From: Escherichia coli | GTDB lineage: Bacteria > Pseudomonadota > Gammaproteobacteria > Enterobacterales > Enterobacteriaceae | Strand: one strand, 5' to 3' | DNA length: 64,000 nt | Assembly (NCBI RefSeq): GCF_003018115.1 | Contig: NZ_CP027457.1 | Part shown: piece after piece, positions 43,605 to 55,982 of the stretch | How positions within the stretch are numbered: position 1 is the stretch's first letter | Layout of the letters: every line of letters begins with the position of its first letter | Position numbers and translations under genes: made by a program | Notes under the pieces: generated by a model | Seen by the model: only the letters and a program-made list of their open reading frames with translations | Databases searched by the model: none | What the model was told of the DNA's origin: nothing

Positions 43605-44762
43605 ATGAATCCAGTACCCGCGCAACGTGAATATTTCCTCGACTCCATCCGCGCCTGGCTGATGTTGTTAGGGATCCCTTTTCATATTTCTTTAATCTAT
43701 TCGAGCCATACATGGCATGTGAATAGCGCCGAACCGTCATTGTGGCTGACCCTTTTTAATGACTTCATCCACTCGTTCCGCATGCAGGTATTTTTCGTTA
43801 TATCCGGCTACTTTTCCTACATGCTTTTTTTACGCTATCCCTTGAAAAAATGGTGGAAAGTACGTGTCGAACGTGTAGGTATCCCGATGTTAACAGCCAT
43901 CCCCCTACTGACATTGCCGCAATTTATTATGCTGCAATACGTCAAAGGGAAAGCGGAAAGTTGGCCTGGACTGTCATTGTATGACAAATATAATACGTTG
44001 GCCTGGGAATTAATATCGCACCTGTGGTTTTTATTGGTGTTAGTGGTCATGACGACGCTGTGCGTCTGGATATTCAAACGCATCAGAAATAATTTAGAAA
44101 ATTCTGATAAAACGAATAAAAAATTCTCGATGGTAAAACTATCGGTGATTTTTTTGTGCCTCGGCATCGGCTATGCGGTAATAAGAAGAACGATTTTTAT
44201 TGTGTATCCGCCCATTCTGAGTAACGGCATGTTCAATTTTATTGTCATGCAAACGCTATTTTATTTGCCGTTCTTTATCCTCGGCGCACTGGCTTTCATT
44301 TTCCCTCATCTTAAAGCCTTGTTTACCACGCCGTCTCGTGGCTGTACCCTCGCAGCAGCATTGGCATTTGTCGCTTACTTACTCAACCAGCGCTATGGCA
44401 GTGGCGATGCCTGGATGTACGAAACCGAGTCTGTGATCACCATGGTCCTCGGTCTGTGGATGGTGAATGTGGTCTTCTCCTTCGGCCACCGTTTGCTTAA
44501 CTTCCAGTCAGCGCGGGTGACTTACTTTGTTAACGCATCGCTATTTATCTATCTGGTTCACCACCCGTTAACGCTGTTTTTCGGCGCGTACATTACACCG
44601 CACATCACCTCCAACTGGCTTGGTTTTCTCTGTGGCCTGATATTCGTAGTAGGGATTGCGATAATTCTGTATGAAATTCATTTACGCATCCCATTACTGA
44701 AGTTTTTGTTCTCTGGTAAACCGGTTGTTAAGCGTGAGAACGATAAAGCACCAGCCCGTTAA
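43605..44762 (+). CDS. opgC: OPG succinyltransferase (membrane acyltransferase-3 family)
   Basis: 385-aa polytopic [30 protein letters not shown]..., divergent from opgGH. Confidence 0.9.
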   Translation: MNPVPAQREYFLDSIRAWLMLLGIPFHISLIYSSHTWHVNSAEPSLWLTLFNDFIHSFRMQVFFVISGYFSYMLFLRYPLKKWWKVRVERVGIPMLTAIPLLTLPQFIMLQYVKGKAESWPGLSLYDKYNTLAWELISHLWFLLVLVVMTTLCVWIFKRIRNNLENSDKTNKKFSMVKLSVIFLCLGIGYAVIRRTIFIVYPPILSNGMFNFIVMQTLFYLPFFILGALAFIFPHLKALFTTPSRGCTLAAALAFVAYLLNQRYGSGDAWMYETESVITMVLGLWMVNVVFSFGHRLLNFQSARVTYFVNASLFIYLVHHPLTLFFGAYITPHITSNWLGFLCGLIFVVGIAIILYEIHLRIPLLKFLFSGKPVVKRENDKAPAR

Positions 44763-44769
44763 GCCGCGT

Positions 44770-46200
44770 TTACAATAACCATTCCACGGGCAATATCGAC
44801 GCCAGTCTGACCATAACCCGCTTCCAGAAACTGGTGGCGGGTTCTTTTTTGAGAACAATCTCTTTCTTTGCATGACGATCAACCCAGTTGATCCGTCCCC
44901 ACCTGTCCAGACGGAGCTGCCAGGCCGCATCATACTGGCTCTGAATAAAGCGTTTATCAATTAACTGTGCCAGCGTTTCGCTCTCTATCACGAAGCCCAT
45001 TTCAGTATTGAGCAATGTTGAACGCGGATCGAAATTGAAAGAGCCGATAAACACCGTTTTACCATCGATGCTAAAGGTTTTAGCATGCAGGCTGGCACCG
45101 GAATTACCTGTTATGCCGCGATCGTGTAACGTACTACTTTGTTCACACGTCGGCTTGAGTTCATATAATTCCACGCCATAACGGAGCAATTTTTTGCGCC
45201 AGCGCGCGTATCCGGCATGGACGACAGCAACATCGTTAGCGGCAAGAGAATTGGTTAGGATCGCAATCTTTACCCCTTTTCTCACCATCCGTAAGAGTTG
45301 CGCCACACCTGCGCGTGTCGGTACAAAATAGGAAGAGATAATATCGATGCGTTCACTGGGTGAGCCCATGATATCGAACAGGCGCTGCGGTAACAGTGAA
45401 TGCCGTTTTGCCTTGCCCTCCCCTTTCGCCGGATCATCACTTAATAAACGTGTCTTCGCCCAGATAAGCGGCAACGTTCCATCAACCAGATGATTTATAA
45501 ACGGACTGGATTCCATTTTGCGTAAATAACGATGCGTCATGGCATCGTTATGCCAGGAGGCGGGTAACTCGATGCGATCCGCCATTTCACCTTCCGGGAC
45601 ATCCAGCACCTGCTGTAAGGGTGAAACCGATTTGCAATACCAGTAGCGGGCGAAATCATCGGCAACGTCCTCTACTACGGGTCCTATTGCCATGACATCT
45701 AAATCCGAAAAAAGTGGCTCTTCCCCTGCCCCAAAATAGGCATCACCAATATTTCGCCCCCCTACCAGCGTCACCACGCCATCGACAGTGAAACTTTTAT
45801 TGTGCATACGGCGATTGAGGCGGGAAAAGTCGGTGATATAACCAAGCGGACGCAGCAAGCGAAACGAGAAAGGATTAAAAAGCCGGACTTCAATGCGGGG
45901 ATGGCTGTCAAGCAAGCGTAAAATGTCGTCAAGTCCGGGCGTATTGTTGTCGTCCAGCAACAAACGGACGCGAACGCCACGCTTTGCTGCGGCTAACAGG
46001 GCGGAAAACAGTAACCGACCCGACATATCGTCCTGCCAGATGTAATACTGAACATCCAGCGTATGCTCTGCCATTTCGGCCAGACGATACCGGGCGGCAA
46101 ACGCATCCAAACTTTTCTCCAGAGGGAAAAGACCACACTGACCGGGATGTTGCGAACACAGTGGCAGCACCGCGCTCGCCAGCCGGGGCAAATCATTCAT
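44770..46200 (-). CDS. clsC: cardiolipin synthase C (phospholipase D family)
   Basis: ORF 44770-46350 with two HxK(x4)D motifs (HNKSFTVDG; HAKTFSIDG); start placed at [17 protein letters not shown] giving ATGA-type overlap with ymdB stop. Confidence 0.85.
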   Translation of the reverse strand: MNDLPRLASAVLPLCSQHPGQCGLFPLEKSLDAFAARYRLAEMAEHTLDVQYYIWQDDMSGRLLFSALLAAAKRGVRVRLLLDDNNTPGLDDILRLLDSHPRIEVRLFNPFSFRLLRPLGYITDFSRLNRRMHNKSFTVDGVVTLVGGRNIGDAYFGAGEEPLFSDLDVMAIGPVVEDVADDFARYWYCKSVSPLQQVLDVPEGEMADRIELPASWHNDAMTHRYLRKMESSPFINHLVDGTLPLIWAKTRLLSDDPAKGEGKAKRHSLLPQRLFDIMGSPSERIDIISSYFVPTRAGVAQLLRMVRKGVKIAILTNSLAANDVAVVHAGYARWRKKLLRYGVELYELKPTCEQSSTLHDRGITGNSGASLHAKTFSIDGKTVFIGSFNFDPRSTLLNTEMGFVIESETLAQLIDKRFIQSQYDAAWQLRLDRWGRINWVDRHAKKEIVLKKEPATSFWKRVMVRLASILPVEWLL

Positions 46201-46726
46201 CTCCTTGTTGGGTAAGGAGTCTTTCGTAGAGGTGGGCGTTTTCTTCATCATAACAGACAAAGTATACCTGTTCGGGTAAAGCGTGACGGGTAATAAATTC
46301 TGAAACGGTTTTAACTGCGATTTCAGCCGCTGCCGCACGAGGGTAACCATAAACCCCAGTACTGATTGCAGGAAAAGCCACTGACGTATAGCTGTTTGCC
46401 GCCACCAGTCGCAGGCTATTCAGATAGGCATCCTGCAAAAGCTGGTCTTCGTTTTGTTCACCACCACGCCAGACTGGCCCGACGGTGTGTACTACGGCTT
46501 TAGCGGGAAGATCGCCTGCAAGCGTAATAACGGCATGCCCCGTAGGGCAATCGCCCTGCTGTTGCCTGACTTTTAAACAGGCATCCAGCAGGGCCGGACC
46601 CGCTGCGCGATGAATGGCCCCATCGACGCCGCCGCCTCCCATTAATGACGGATTAGCCGCATTCACAATCACATCAACGGCCAGTTTGGTAATATCACCC
46701 TGCACAACATGAATACGCGTTTTCAT
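46193..46726 (-). CDS. ymdB: O-acetyl-ADP-ribose deacetylase (macrodomain)
   Basis: 177-aa [46 protein letters not shown]... Confidence 0.92.
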
Positions 46727-46820
46727 AACGCCTCCTTACACCTTCTTGTTTCTTAAGTGTACAGCAGGCTTTTTGGTTAAATCGCATTTTTCTGCTCAGC
46801 AACGTGCGTTGTTCAGAAAC

Positions 46821-47585
<765 letters not shown>

Positions 47586-47643
47586 ATTCTTCTCCCGAAA
47601 AAAAACAGGGCTTGCGCCCTGTTTCTGTAATACAAATGATGTA

Positions 47644-48099
47644 TTAGTACTGATGAGCGGTCGCGTTGTTACCAAAGCCAACCTGAGTCACGTTGACGGA
47701 GGAATTAGATGCAGTCTGGTCAACTGCAGCACCGTTGCCACCACCGAACTGTTTAACAGTCATTTCAGAATTTTTGCCGTTCCACTGATCAAGAGTGGCG
47801 CTGTTACCGAAGCCACGTTGGGTCAGATCGATTGAGCTGTCATCTGAGCCCTGACCAACATCTGCACCATTACCACCGCCATGCTGGGTAATAGTCAAGT
47901 CAGAGTTACGGGCATCAGTTTGCAGAGCAAGTGCAGAGTTACCGCCACCGTACTGGTAAATGTTCAGCTCTGAATTTGGGCCGCTATTATTACCGCCACC
48001 ACCGTGGTTACCGCCGCCGCCGTACTGAGGAACAACACCTGCCAGAGCGCTACCGGAGAATACGATTGCTGCAATTGCTGCTACTTTTAAAAGTTTCAT
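47644..48099 (-). CDS. csgA: major curlin subunit
   Basis: 151-aa ORF MKLLKVAAIAAIVFSGSALAGVVPQYGGGGNHGGGGNNSGPNSELNIYQYGGGNSAL... with five S-X5-Q-X-G-X-G-N-X-A-X3-Q repeats. Confidence 0.97.
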   Translation of the reverse strand: MKLLKVAAIAAIVFSGSALAGVVPQYGGGGNHGGGGNNSGPNSELNIYQYGGGNSALALQTDARNSDLTITQHGGGNGADVGQGSDDSSIDLTQRGFGNSATLDQWNGKNSEMTVKQFGGGNGAAVDQTASNSSVNVTQVGFGNNATAHQY

Positions 48100-48139
48100 G
48101 TAAAACCCCCATCGGATTGATTTAAAAGTCGAATGGAAA

Positions 48140-48595
48140 TTAACGTTGTGTCACGCGAATAGCCATTTGCGACTGTCTCTGCACTACAATTGCCGTTTTT
48201 TGAGTACCATACTGTGTAATATTTGCTTTATTACCAGAACCTTTCTGGATAATCATCGCAGTATTACCATAAGCACCTTGCGAAATACTGGCATCGTTGG
48301 CACTGCCCGCCTGATCAATATATGCAAGGTTATAATCTCCTGTCTGGTCAATCTTTGCCCGGTTGCTACTACCTTCTTGCGCAACAACCGCCAAAAGTTT
48401 TGAGCCTCCCTGCCGTAACTGAGCACTATTATTAGTCCCAGCTTGACCAATTATGGCTGCCTGATTAAATGAAGACTTACTCAATTCATTTACCGCGAAG
48501 TTATATTCTGAATTAGCTAAATCATAACCTGCTGCGGCTGCAATCCCAGGCGCACCCAGTATTGTTAACATCATAAATAACAATTTGTTTTTCAT
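48140..48595 (-). CDS. csgB: minor curlin subunit / nucleator
   Basis: ORF 48140-48622; start at MKNKLLFMMLTILGAPGIAAA. Confidence 0.95.
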   Translation of the reverse strand: MKNKLLFMMLTILGAPGIAAAAGYDLANSEYNFAVNELSKSSFNQAAIIGQAGTNNSAQLRQGGSKLLAVVAQEGSSNRAKIDQTGDYNLAYIDQAGSANDASISQGAYGNTAMIIQKGSGNKANITQYGTQKTAIVVQRQSQMAIRVTQR

Positions 48596-49348
48596 GTTGT
48601 CACCCTGGACCTGGTCGTACATTTAAGAAATTAAATCATTTCAACTTGGTTGTTAACGCAACCTGTATTTTGTTAACGCTGCGTTACGATGGAAAGTATG
48701 TCTGCGGAAATATTTTTAATAACTCACCCGCGCGTTGTATTTTTCTTTTTTTGTTCATACCAAAGTATTAAAACCCACGTAAATACGCTGTTATCTACGC
48801 AAAAAATATTTTGTTTTCTTTTAAATCTCCGTTTTCCGCTAGCAAAAAACACCAGACAGTCATTCTTCTTGCCCGTCGCTGATTGCTGCGATATGTCTTG
48901 CGCACAAGCCGTGACAAACCTCGTCTTTTTGCAGTAAAAAATTGTCCACGGAGGTGTGGAGAAAAAACAAGAACGTTTTACATGACGAAAGGACTACACC
49001 GAAATATTTTTTATATGCATTATTAGTAAGTTATCACCATTTGTATGATTTTTTAAAATTGTGCAATAAAAACCAAATGTACAACTTTTCTATCATTTCT
49101 AAACTTAATAAAACCTTAAGGTTAACATTTTAATATAACGAGTTACATTTAGTTACATGTTTAACACTTGATTTAAGATTTGTAATGGCTAGATTGAAAT
49201 CAGATGTAATCCATTAGTTTTATATTTTACCCATTTAGGGTTGATTTATTACTACACACAGCAGTGCAACATCTGTCAGTACTTCTGGTGCTTCTATTTT
49301 AGAGGCAGCTGTCAGGTGTGCGATCAATAAAAAAAGCGGGGTTTCATC
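48596..49348. promoter_or_regulatory. csgB-csgD divergent intergenic regulatory region
   Basis: ~750-bp AT-rich non-coding region between divergent curli operons; known multi-factor control region, individual sites not resolved by eye. Confidence 0.7.
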
Positions 49349-49999
<651 letters not shown>

Positions 50000-50003
50000 A
50001 GCC

Positions 50004-50393
50004 ATGAAACGTTATTTACGCTGGATTGTGGCGGCAGAATTTCTGTTCGCCGCAGGGAATCTTCACGCCGTTGAGGTAGAAGTCCCGGGATTGTTAACTG
50101 ACCATACTGTTTCATCTATTGGCCATGATTTTTACCGAGCCTTTAGTGATAAATGGGAAAGTGACTATACGGGTAACTTAACGATTAATGAAAGGCCCAG
50201 TGCACGATGGGGAAGTTGGATCACTATAACGGTGAATCAGGACGTTATTTTCCAGACTTTTTTATTCCCGTTGAAAAGAGACTTCGAAAAAACTGTCGTC
50301 TTTGCACTGATTCAAACTGAAGAAGCACTAAATCGTCGCCAGATAAATCAGGCGTTATTAAGTACGGGCGATTTGGCGCATGATGAATTCTAA
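50004..50393 (+). CDS. csgE: curli secretion specificity factor
   Basis: 129-aa [50 protein letters not shown]... Confidence 0.93.
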
Positions 50394-50417
50394 ATAAAAA
50401 ATTGTTCGGAGGCTGCA

Positions 50418-50834
50418 ATGCGTGTCAAACATGCAGTAGTTCTACTCATGCTTATTTCGCCATTAAGTTGGGCTGGAACCATGACTTTCCAGTTCCGTAA
50501 TCCAAACTTTGGTGGTAACCCAAATAATGGCGCTTTTTTATTAAATAGCGCTCAGGCCCAAAACTCTTATAAAGATCCGAGCTATAACGATGACTTTGGT
50601 ATTGAAACACCCTCAGCGTTAGATAACTTTACTCAGGCCATCCAGTCACAAATTTTAGGTGGGCTACTGTCGAATATTAATACCGGTAAACCGGGCCGCA
50701 TGGTGACCAACGATTATATTGTTGATATTGCTAACCGCGATGGTCAATTGCAGTTGAACGTGACAGATCGTAAAACCGGACAAACCTCGACCATCCAGGT
50801 TTCGGGTTTACAAAATAACTCAACCGATTTTTAA
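50418..50834 (+). CDS. csgF: curli assembly component
   Basis: 138-aa [41 protein letters not shown]... Confidence 0.93.
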
Positions 50835-50860
50835 GCCCCAGCTTCATAAGGAAAATAATC

Positions 50861-51694
50861 ATGCAGCGCTTATTTCTTTTGGTTGCCGTCATGTTACTGA
50901 GCGGATGCTTAACCGCCCCGCCTAAAGAAGCCGCCAGACCGACATTAATGCCTCGTGCTCAGAGCTACAAAGATTTGACCCATCTGCCAGCGCCGACGGG
51001 TAAGATCTTTGTTTCGGTATACAACATTCAGGACGAAACCGGGCAATTTAAACCCTACCCGGCAAGTAACTTCTCCACTGCTGTTCCGCAAAGCGCCACG
51101 GCGATGCTGGTCACGGCATTGAAAGATTCTCGCTGGTTTATACCGCTGGAGCGCCAGGGCTTACAAAACCTGCTTAACGAGCGCAAGATTATTCGTGCTG
51201 CACAAGAAAACGGCACGGTTGCCATTAATAACCGAATCCCGCTGCAATCTTTAACGGCGGCAAATATCATGGTTGAAGGTTCGATTATCGGTTATGAAAG
51301 CAACGTCAAATCGGGCGGGGTTGGGGCAAGATATTTTGGGATCGGTGCCGACACGCAATACCAGCTCGATCAGATTGCCGTGAACCTGCGCGTCGTCAAT
51401 GTGAGTACCGGTGAGATCCTCTCCTCGGTGAACACCAGTAAGACGATACTTTCCTATGAAGTTCAGGCCGGGGTTTTCCGCTTTATTGACTACCAGCGCT
51501 TGCTGGAAGGGGAAGTGGGTTACACCTCGAACGAACCCGTTATGCTGTGCCTGATGTCGGCTATCGAAACAGGGGTCATTTTCCTGATTAATGATGGTAT
51601 TGACCGTGGTCTGTGGGATTTGCAGAACAAAGCAGAACGGCAGAATGACATTCTGGTGAAATACCGCCATATGTCGGTTCCACCGGAATCCTGA
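50861..51694 (+). CDS. csgG: curli secretion channel lipoprotein
   Basis: 277-aa ORF MQRLFLLVAVMLLSGCLTAPPKEAARPTLMPRAQSYKDLTHLP... Confidence 0.95.
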   Translation: MQRLFLLVAVMLLSGCLTAPPKEAARPTLMPRAQSYKDLTHLPAPTGKIFVSVYNIQDETGQFKPYPASNFSTAVPQSATAMLVTALKDSRWFIPLERQGLQNLLNERKIIRAAQENGTVAINNRIPLQSLTAANIMVEGSIIGYESNVKSGGVGARYFGIGADTQYQLDQIAVNLRVVNVSTGEILSSVNTSKTILSYEVQAGVFRFIDYQRLLEGEVGYTSNEPVMLCLMSAIETGVIFLINDGIDRGLWDLQNKAERQNDILVKYRHMSVPPES

Positions 51695-51732
51695 CAGATA
51701 AAAATGCCAGAATTAATAATCCGGCATTTACT

Positions 51733-51762
51733 GTTTAAGCGAAAGCGTGAGTGCCCCTCACG
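51733..51762 (+). terminator. terminator after csgG (bidirectional with ycdZ)
   Basis: GCGTGAG-TGCCC-CTCACGC hairpin followed by TTTATTTTT. Confidence 0.65.
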
Positions 51763-52249
51763 CTTTATTTTTGATTTCCTGCTCACGGTGAGCCGTCTTT
51801 GCACTACGCGCCGCCAGCCACAGGCCGCTGTTTTTCATTGCGTAACCAAATACCAGCCCAAGCGCCAGCGAAGGTAACACCAGTTTCCAGTCACCCTGCC
51901 CGGCAAACGTCGCGCATGCGCCTATAAACGTCCCCGGAACAAATGAAAGCAGCAGCTGTTTGGCCTGAATACACATCAGAAACGCGACAATACCGGTTAT
52001 GACATAACCGAGAATTTCCAGATGTGGCGTCAGTGCACTACCGTAAATAATGACCATCGCCCACACCACGCCACTAAGCAGGGTTGCAGCGGAGATCGCC
52101 AGCCCTTTCAGCCCACCTTGCGGGCAAGCAAAGTAGGCCGTACAGCCCAGGAAGCCCGCCCAGCTTAGTAAGCCCAGGGAAACAGCCACCCATCCCCAGA
52201 TACCGGAGAGAATGCCTGTTGTGATTGCAATAGAGAGAAGTATGTTCAT
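51758..52249 (-). CDS. ycdZ: DUF1097 inner membrane protein YcdZ
   Basis: ORF 51758-52297; start at MNILLSIAITTGILSGIWGW; hydrophobic throughout. Confidence 0.85.
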   Translation of the reverse strand: MNILLSIAITTGILSGIWGWVAVSLGLLSWAGFLGCTAYFACPQGGLKGLAISAATLLSGVVWAMVIIYGSALTPHLEILGYVITGIVAFLMCIQAKQLLLSFVPGTFIGACATFAGQGDWKLVLPSLALGLVFGYAMKNSGLWLAARSAKTAHREQEIKNKA

Positions 52250-52350
52250 GCCGCGCATGATAGCAGAAAACGCGGCCATGAATGAGATCGAGCACACATT
52301 TTATGCAACAACAAATTATCAGTTGCAGTTATGAGTGACGTAGATCACAT

Positions 52351-52905
52351 TTACTCTTCAGAATCCTCTTCCAGCTCGTCCCACATTGCACTAATGGCAT
52401 CACGGGTTAGCGGTGCCATGGTGCGCCAGAAAGGCGTGGTTGCATGGGCCTCCACTTTGCCAAGGAACGCGCCACACCAGGGTACCAGATACTCACTGAA
52501 CAGTGTTTCCAGTGCTTCGCTCTCATCTTCCGTTGACTGATCTTCCAGCCAGGAAGCCGCGAGCAGCAATGTGCCGATGTGATCGGCTGGCGTATCTGCT
52601 AATGGCATCCCTCGCTCAGAAAGAAAAGCGCGCACTTCCGCTTCCGTTGCGTCCTCAACCCATGCGCTACGATATGGCGGCACGGCACATTCATCGCCGA
52701 TAAACAACGCATTGTAATCGGCAGAGACTTGCGTCATATCACAGCTTTTCTGCAAACGTGTCAGCAACTCATCCTGCTCCAGTGGCCAGTTCGCAGCCAG
52801 TTTCCCCTCACGAATCAGGGTAAACAGCGGCACCAGTAAAGGATCTTGCGGTTGGCGGTAATAGAGCGAACCCAGCACACGACAGAGGATAGAAAACTCG
52901 TTCAT
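52351..52905 (-). CDS. ycdY: TorD-family chaperone for YcdX
   Basis: 184-aa ORF MNEFSILCRVLGSLYYRQPQDPLLVPLFTLIREGKL... Confidence 0.9.
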   Translation of the reverse strand: MNEFSILCRVLGSLYYRQPQDPLLVPLFTLIREGKLAANWPLEQDELLTRLQKSCDMTQVSADYNALFIGDECAVPPYRSAWVEDATEAEVRAFLSERGMPLADTPADHIGTLLLAASWLEDQSTEDESEALETLFSEYLVPWCGAFLGKVEAHATTPFWRTMAPLTRDAISAMWDELEEDSEE

Positions 52906-52928
52906 TAATATATTTCCATTACTAGTAA

Positions 52929-53666
52929 TTAAAGGTCTGCAAATTCCGCAATCGGTGCCATACCGCGAGATTCAAGGAAGTTCAGTAAGCGGCGCGGAGA
53001 AACATTCAAAATGCGCTCTGGCGGAAAATCTACCGCGTCGAGGATTTTAAGACACTCTTCAAATTCCCCCAGGGTAAACGCGGTGTGAGAATCCGAGCCT
53101 AATGCAACCCAACCTCCAGCATCACGTACCGCTGCGGCTACCGCACGACAGTTGTCTTCACTGCCCTTACGTGAGTGTAAAAATGAGGAATTATTGATTT
53201 CCAGCGCCACCTGATGTTTCGCGGCTGCTTCAGCAACGGCTTTAACATCTATTTCATATTTCGGATTTCCGGGATGGCTTATTATATGCACATTGCCGCT
53301 GGCGATAGTGGCGATCATCGCTTGTGTATTGGTCGCTTTGTCATGTGGTGCAAAAACCGGCTCATGAAAACCGGCAATAATCAGATCCAGCGAGTCAAAC
53401 ATTTTACCGCTGCAATCAATTTCACCATCAACATTTTTAATGTTAGCTTCGATGCCGCGCAGGATCCCTACCCCATCAACCACTCGCGGCCAGATACGCA
53501 TGTTAATGAAGTGCCAGTGATGCGGCGCATCTTCCATATCCGGGCCATGATCGGTGATCGCAAAAAGTTTAATGCCCTTTTGTTTGGCCTGGGCAATGTA
53601 ATCACTCAATGTGCTATATGCATGTGTGCTGGCAACGGTATGCATATGAAGGTCGACGGGATACAT
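52929..53666 (-). CDS. ycdX: PHP-family zinc phosphatase YcdX
   Basis: 245-aa [56 protein letters not shown]... Confidence 0.92.
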   Translation of the reverse strand: MYPVDLHMHTVASTHAYSTLSDYIAQAKQKGIKLFAITDHGPDMEDAPHHWHFINMRIWPRVVDGVGILRGIEANIKNVDGEIDCSGKMFDSLDLIIAGFHEPVFAPHDKATNTQAMIATIASGNVHIISHPGNPKYEIDVKAVAEAAAKHQVALEINNSSFLHSRKGSEDNCRAVAAAVRDAGGWVALGSDSHTAFTLGEFEECLKILDAVDFPPERILNVSPRRLLNFLESRGMAPIAEFADL

Positions 53667-53720
53667 AACTCTCTCCTGTATTCAATTCCCGCCAAGGATA
53701 GCAGGAATCCTGATGCTTTA

Positions 53721-54698
<978 letters not shown>

Positions 54699-54892
54699 TT
54701 ATCGTTATGATCTACAAAGGCCACCAGCATAACAAATCCGTGGTCGGTGGCAAAAAAAGCAGATTTCGCTTATTAAAACCACACATTGATTGAAGTTTGA
54801 ATAAACGCGCGATTTTTTAAAAAAGTTTGTTGACCTCAGGTCATGATTTCCCTAAATTAGCGCCCGTTCCAGCAAGACAGGAACGACAATTT

Positions 54893-54980
54893 GGTGAGGT
54901 GTCCGAGTGGCTGAAGGAGCACGCCTGGAAAGTGTGTATACGGCAACGTATCGGGGGTTCGAATCCCCCCCTCACCGCCA
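54893..54980 (+). tRNA. serX: tRNA-Ser (anticodon GGA), serX-type
   Basis: 88-nt GGTGAGGTGTCCGAGTGGCTGAAGGAGCACGCCTGGAAAGTGTGTATACGGCAACGTATCGGGGGTTCGAATCCCCCCCTCACCGCCA; long variable arm, encoded CCA; adjacent to ghrA. Confidence 0.97.
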
Positions 54981-54984
54981 GATT

Positions 54985-55021
54985 ATAAGCGCATGTTATT
55001 GTTTAACATGCGCTTTTTTAT
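54985..55021 (+). terminator. rho-independent terminator of the tRNA-Ser gene
   Basis: AAGCGCATGTT-ATTGTTT-AACATGCGCTT stem followed by TTTTTTATTTTT. Confidence 0.8.
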
Positions 55022-55129
55022 TTTTCCTTCCAGACAGTATGCCATCGGGTATGCCATCTGAAACCGGTTTATATGCCCCGCGATCATATCTTATCGGACA
55101 ATTTCCGATCTTTGAGCATACTGGCAAAG

Positions 55130-55971
55130 CTATACTGCCAGCATGTCAGGATAGTGTTTTGCGATAATATCATTCAGTCTGTCAACCAGTTCTGGTTTTC
55201 TGAACGTGATATGCGCGGAGCCCTTCTTAAAGTATCTGATGCTGAACATCTCATCTTCATAGTCCTCTTTTCCCTGAACAGATTGGATATGGTCATCCAG
55301 ATGAATGGTGATGTTTTCCCGGTTGTCGGGGATCGGTTTGCCGCTGAACAGGTGCAGCATTCTTTCCAGATCGGCAAGTCGATCGGCCTGTTGCCCGGTG
55401 ATAAGATGCCCCCCCACCGGTCCCACCTCACCAGATTGTTGACGATAATTTTACTGCCAAATTTGCAGGGTGAATTGGTTTTGTAATTCCAGCTCAGTCC
55501 CCTGAAAACGTTGATCACCCCTCGCTCAAACACTTCATCTTTGTTCTGGTGCAGTTGTTCAAACGTGCTCAGGATATTCGCTTCGCTGATTTCCGGAAAA
55601 TTATCGTACTCCAGTGACCGGTACCATGTATCACGGGCTTGTGCATCCATTAATGACAGCATCCCTGAACGTTGCATCAGGTCACGCCAGATTTCGCGGT
55701 CAAGGTTGTGGGTGATGGCTTTCATTGCGGTTTCCGGTTTCTCCATGAGCCAGCAGCCACAGCGAAAATCCTGTTTCATGGCCCAGTCCAGTGCGGTTTT
55801 ACCTCCGATGCTTTCCGCCAGCACCGAGATTTCTGCCAGTTGCCGGATAAGCGTGTCGATTTGCAGCAGTGTACTTTTTCGTACAGCCAGAATGTGGCGG
55901 ATACTGGTTGAGCAGATAACGTCCGTATGCCCGTTGACAACTTCCAGACGAGAGGCTGTGATATCAGACAT
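55130..55971 (-). pseudogene. uncharacterized island protein split by a -1 frameshift at a G7 tract (265-aa ORF 55174-55971 plus 98-aa ORF 55130-55426)
   Basis: Two overlapping same-strand ORFs switch frame at GGGGGGG (plus-strand C7, 55409-55415); an 8-G tract would give one ~330-aa protein; family not recognised. Confidence 0.6.
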
Positions 55972-55982
55972 AATCGATTATA

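Noticed and set aside
55073-55486. 137-aa plus-strand ORF at the island edge
   Set aside because: Overlaps the frameshifted island gene on the opposite strand; the minus-strand frames are continuous across the G7 tract and look more protein-like.
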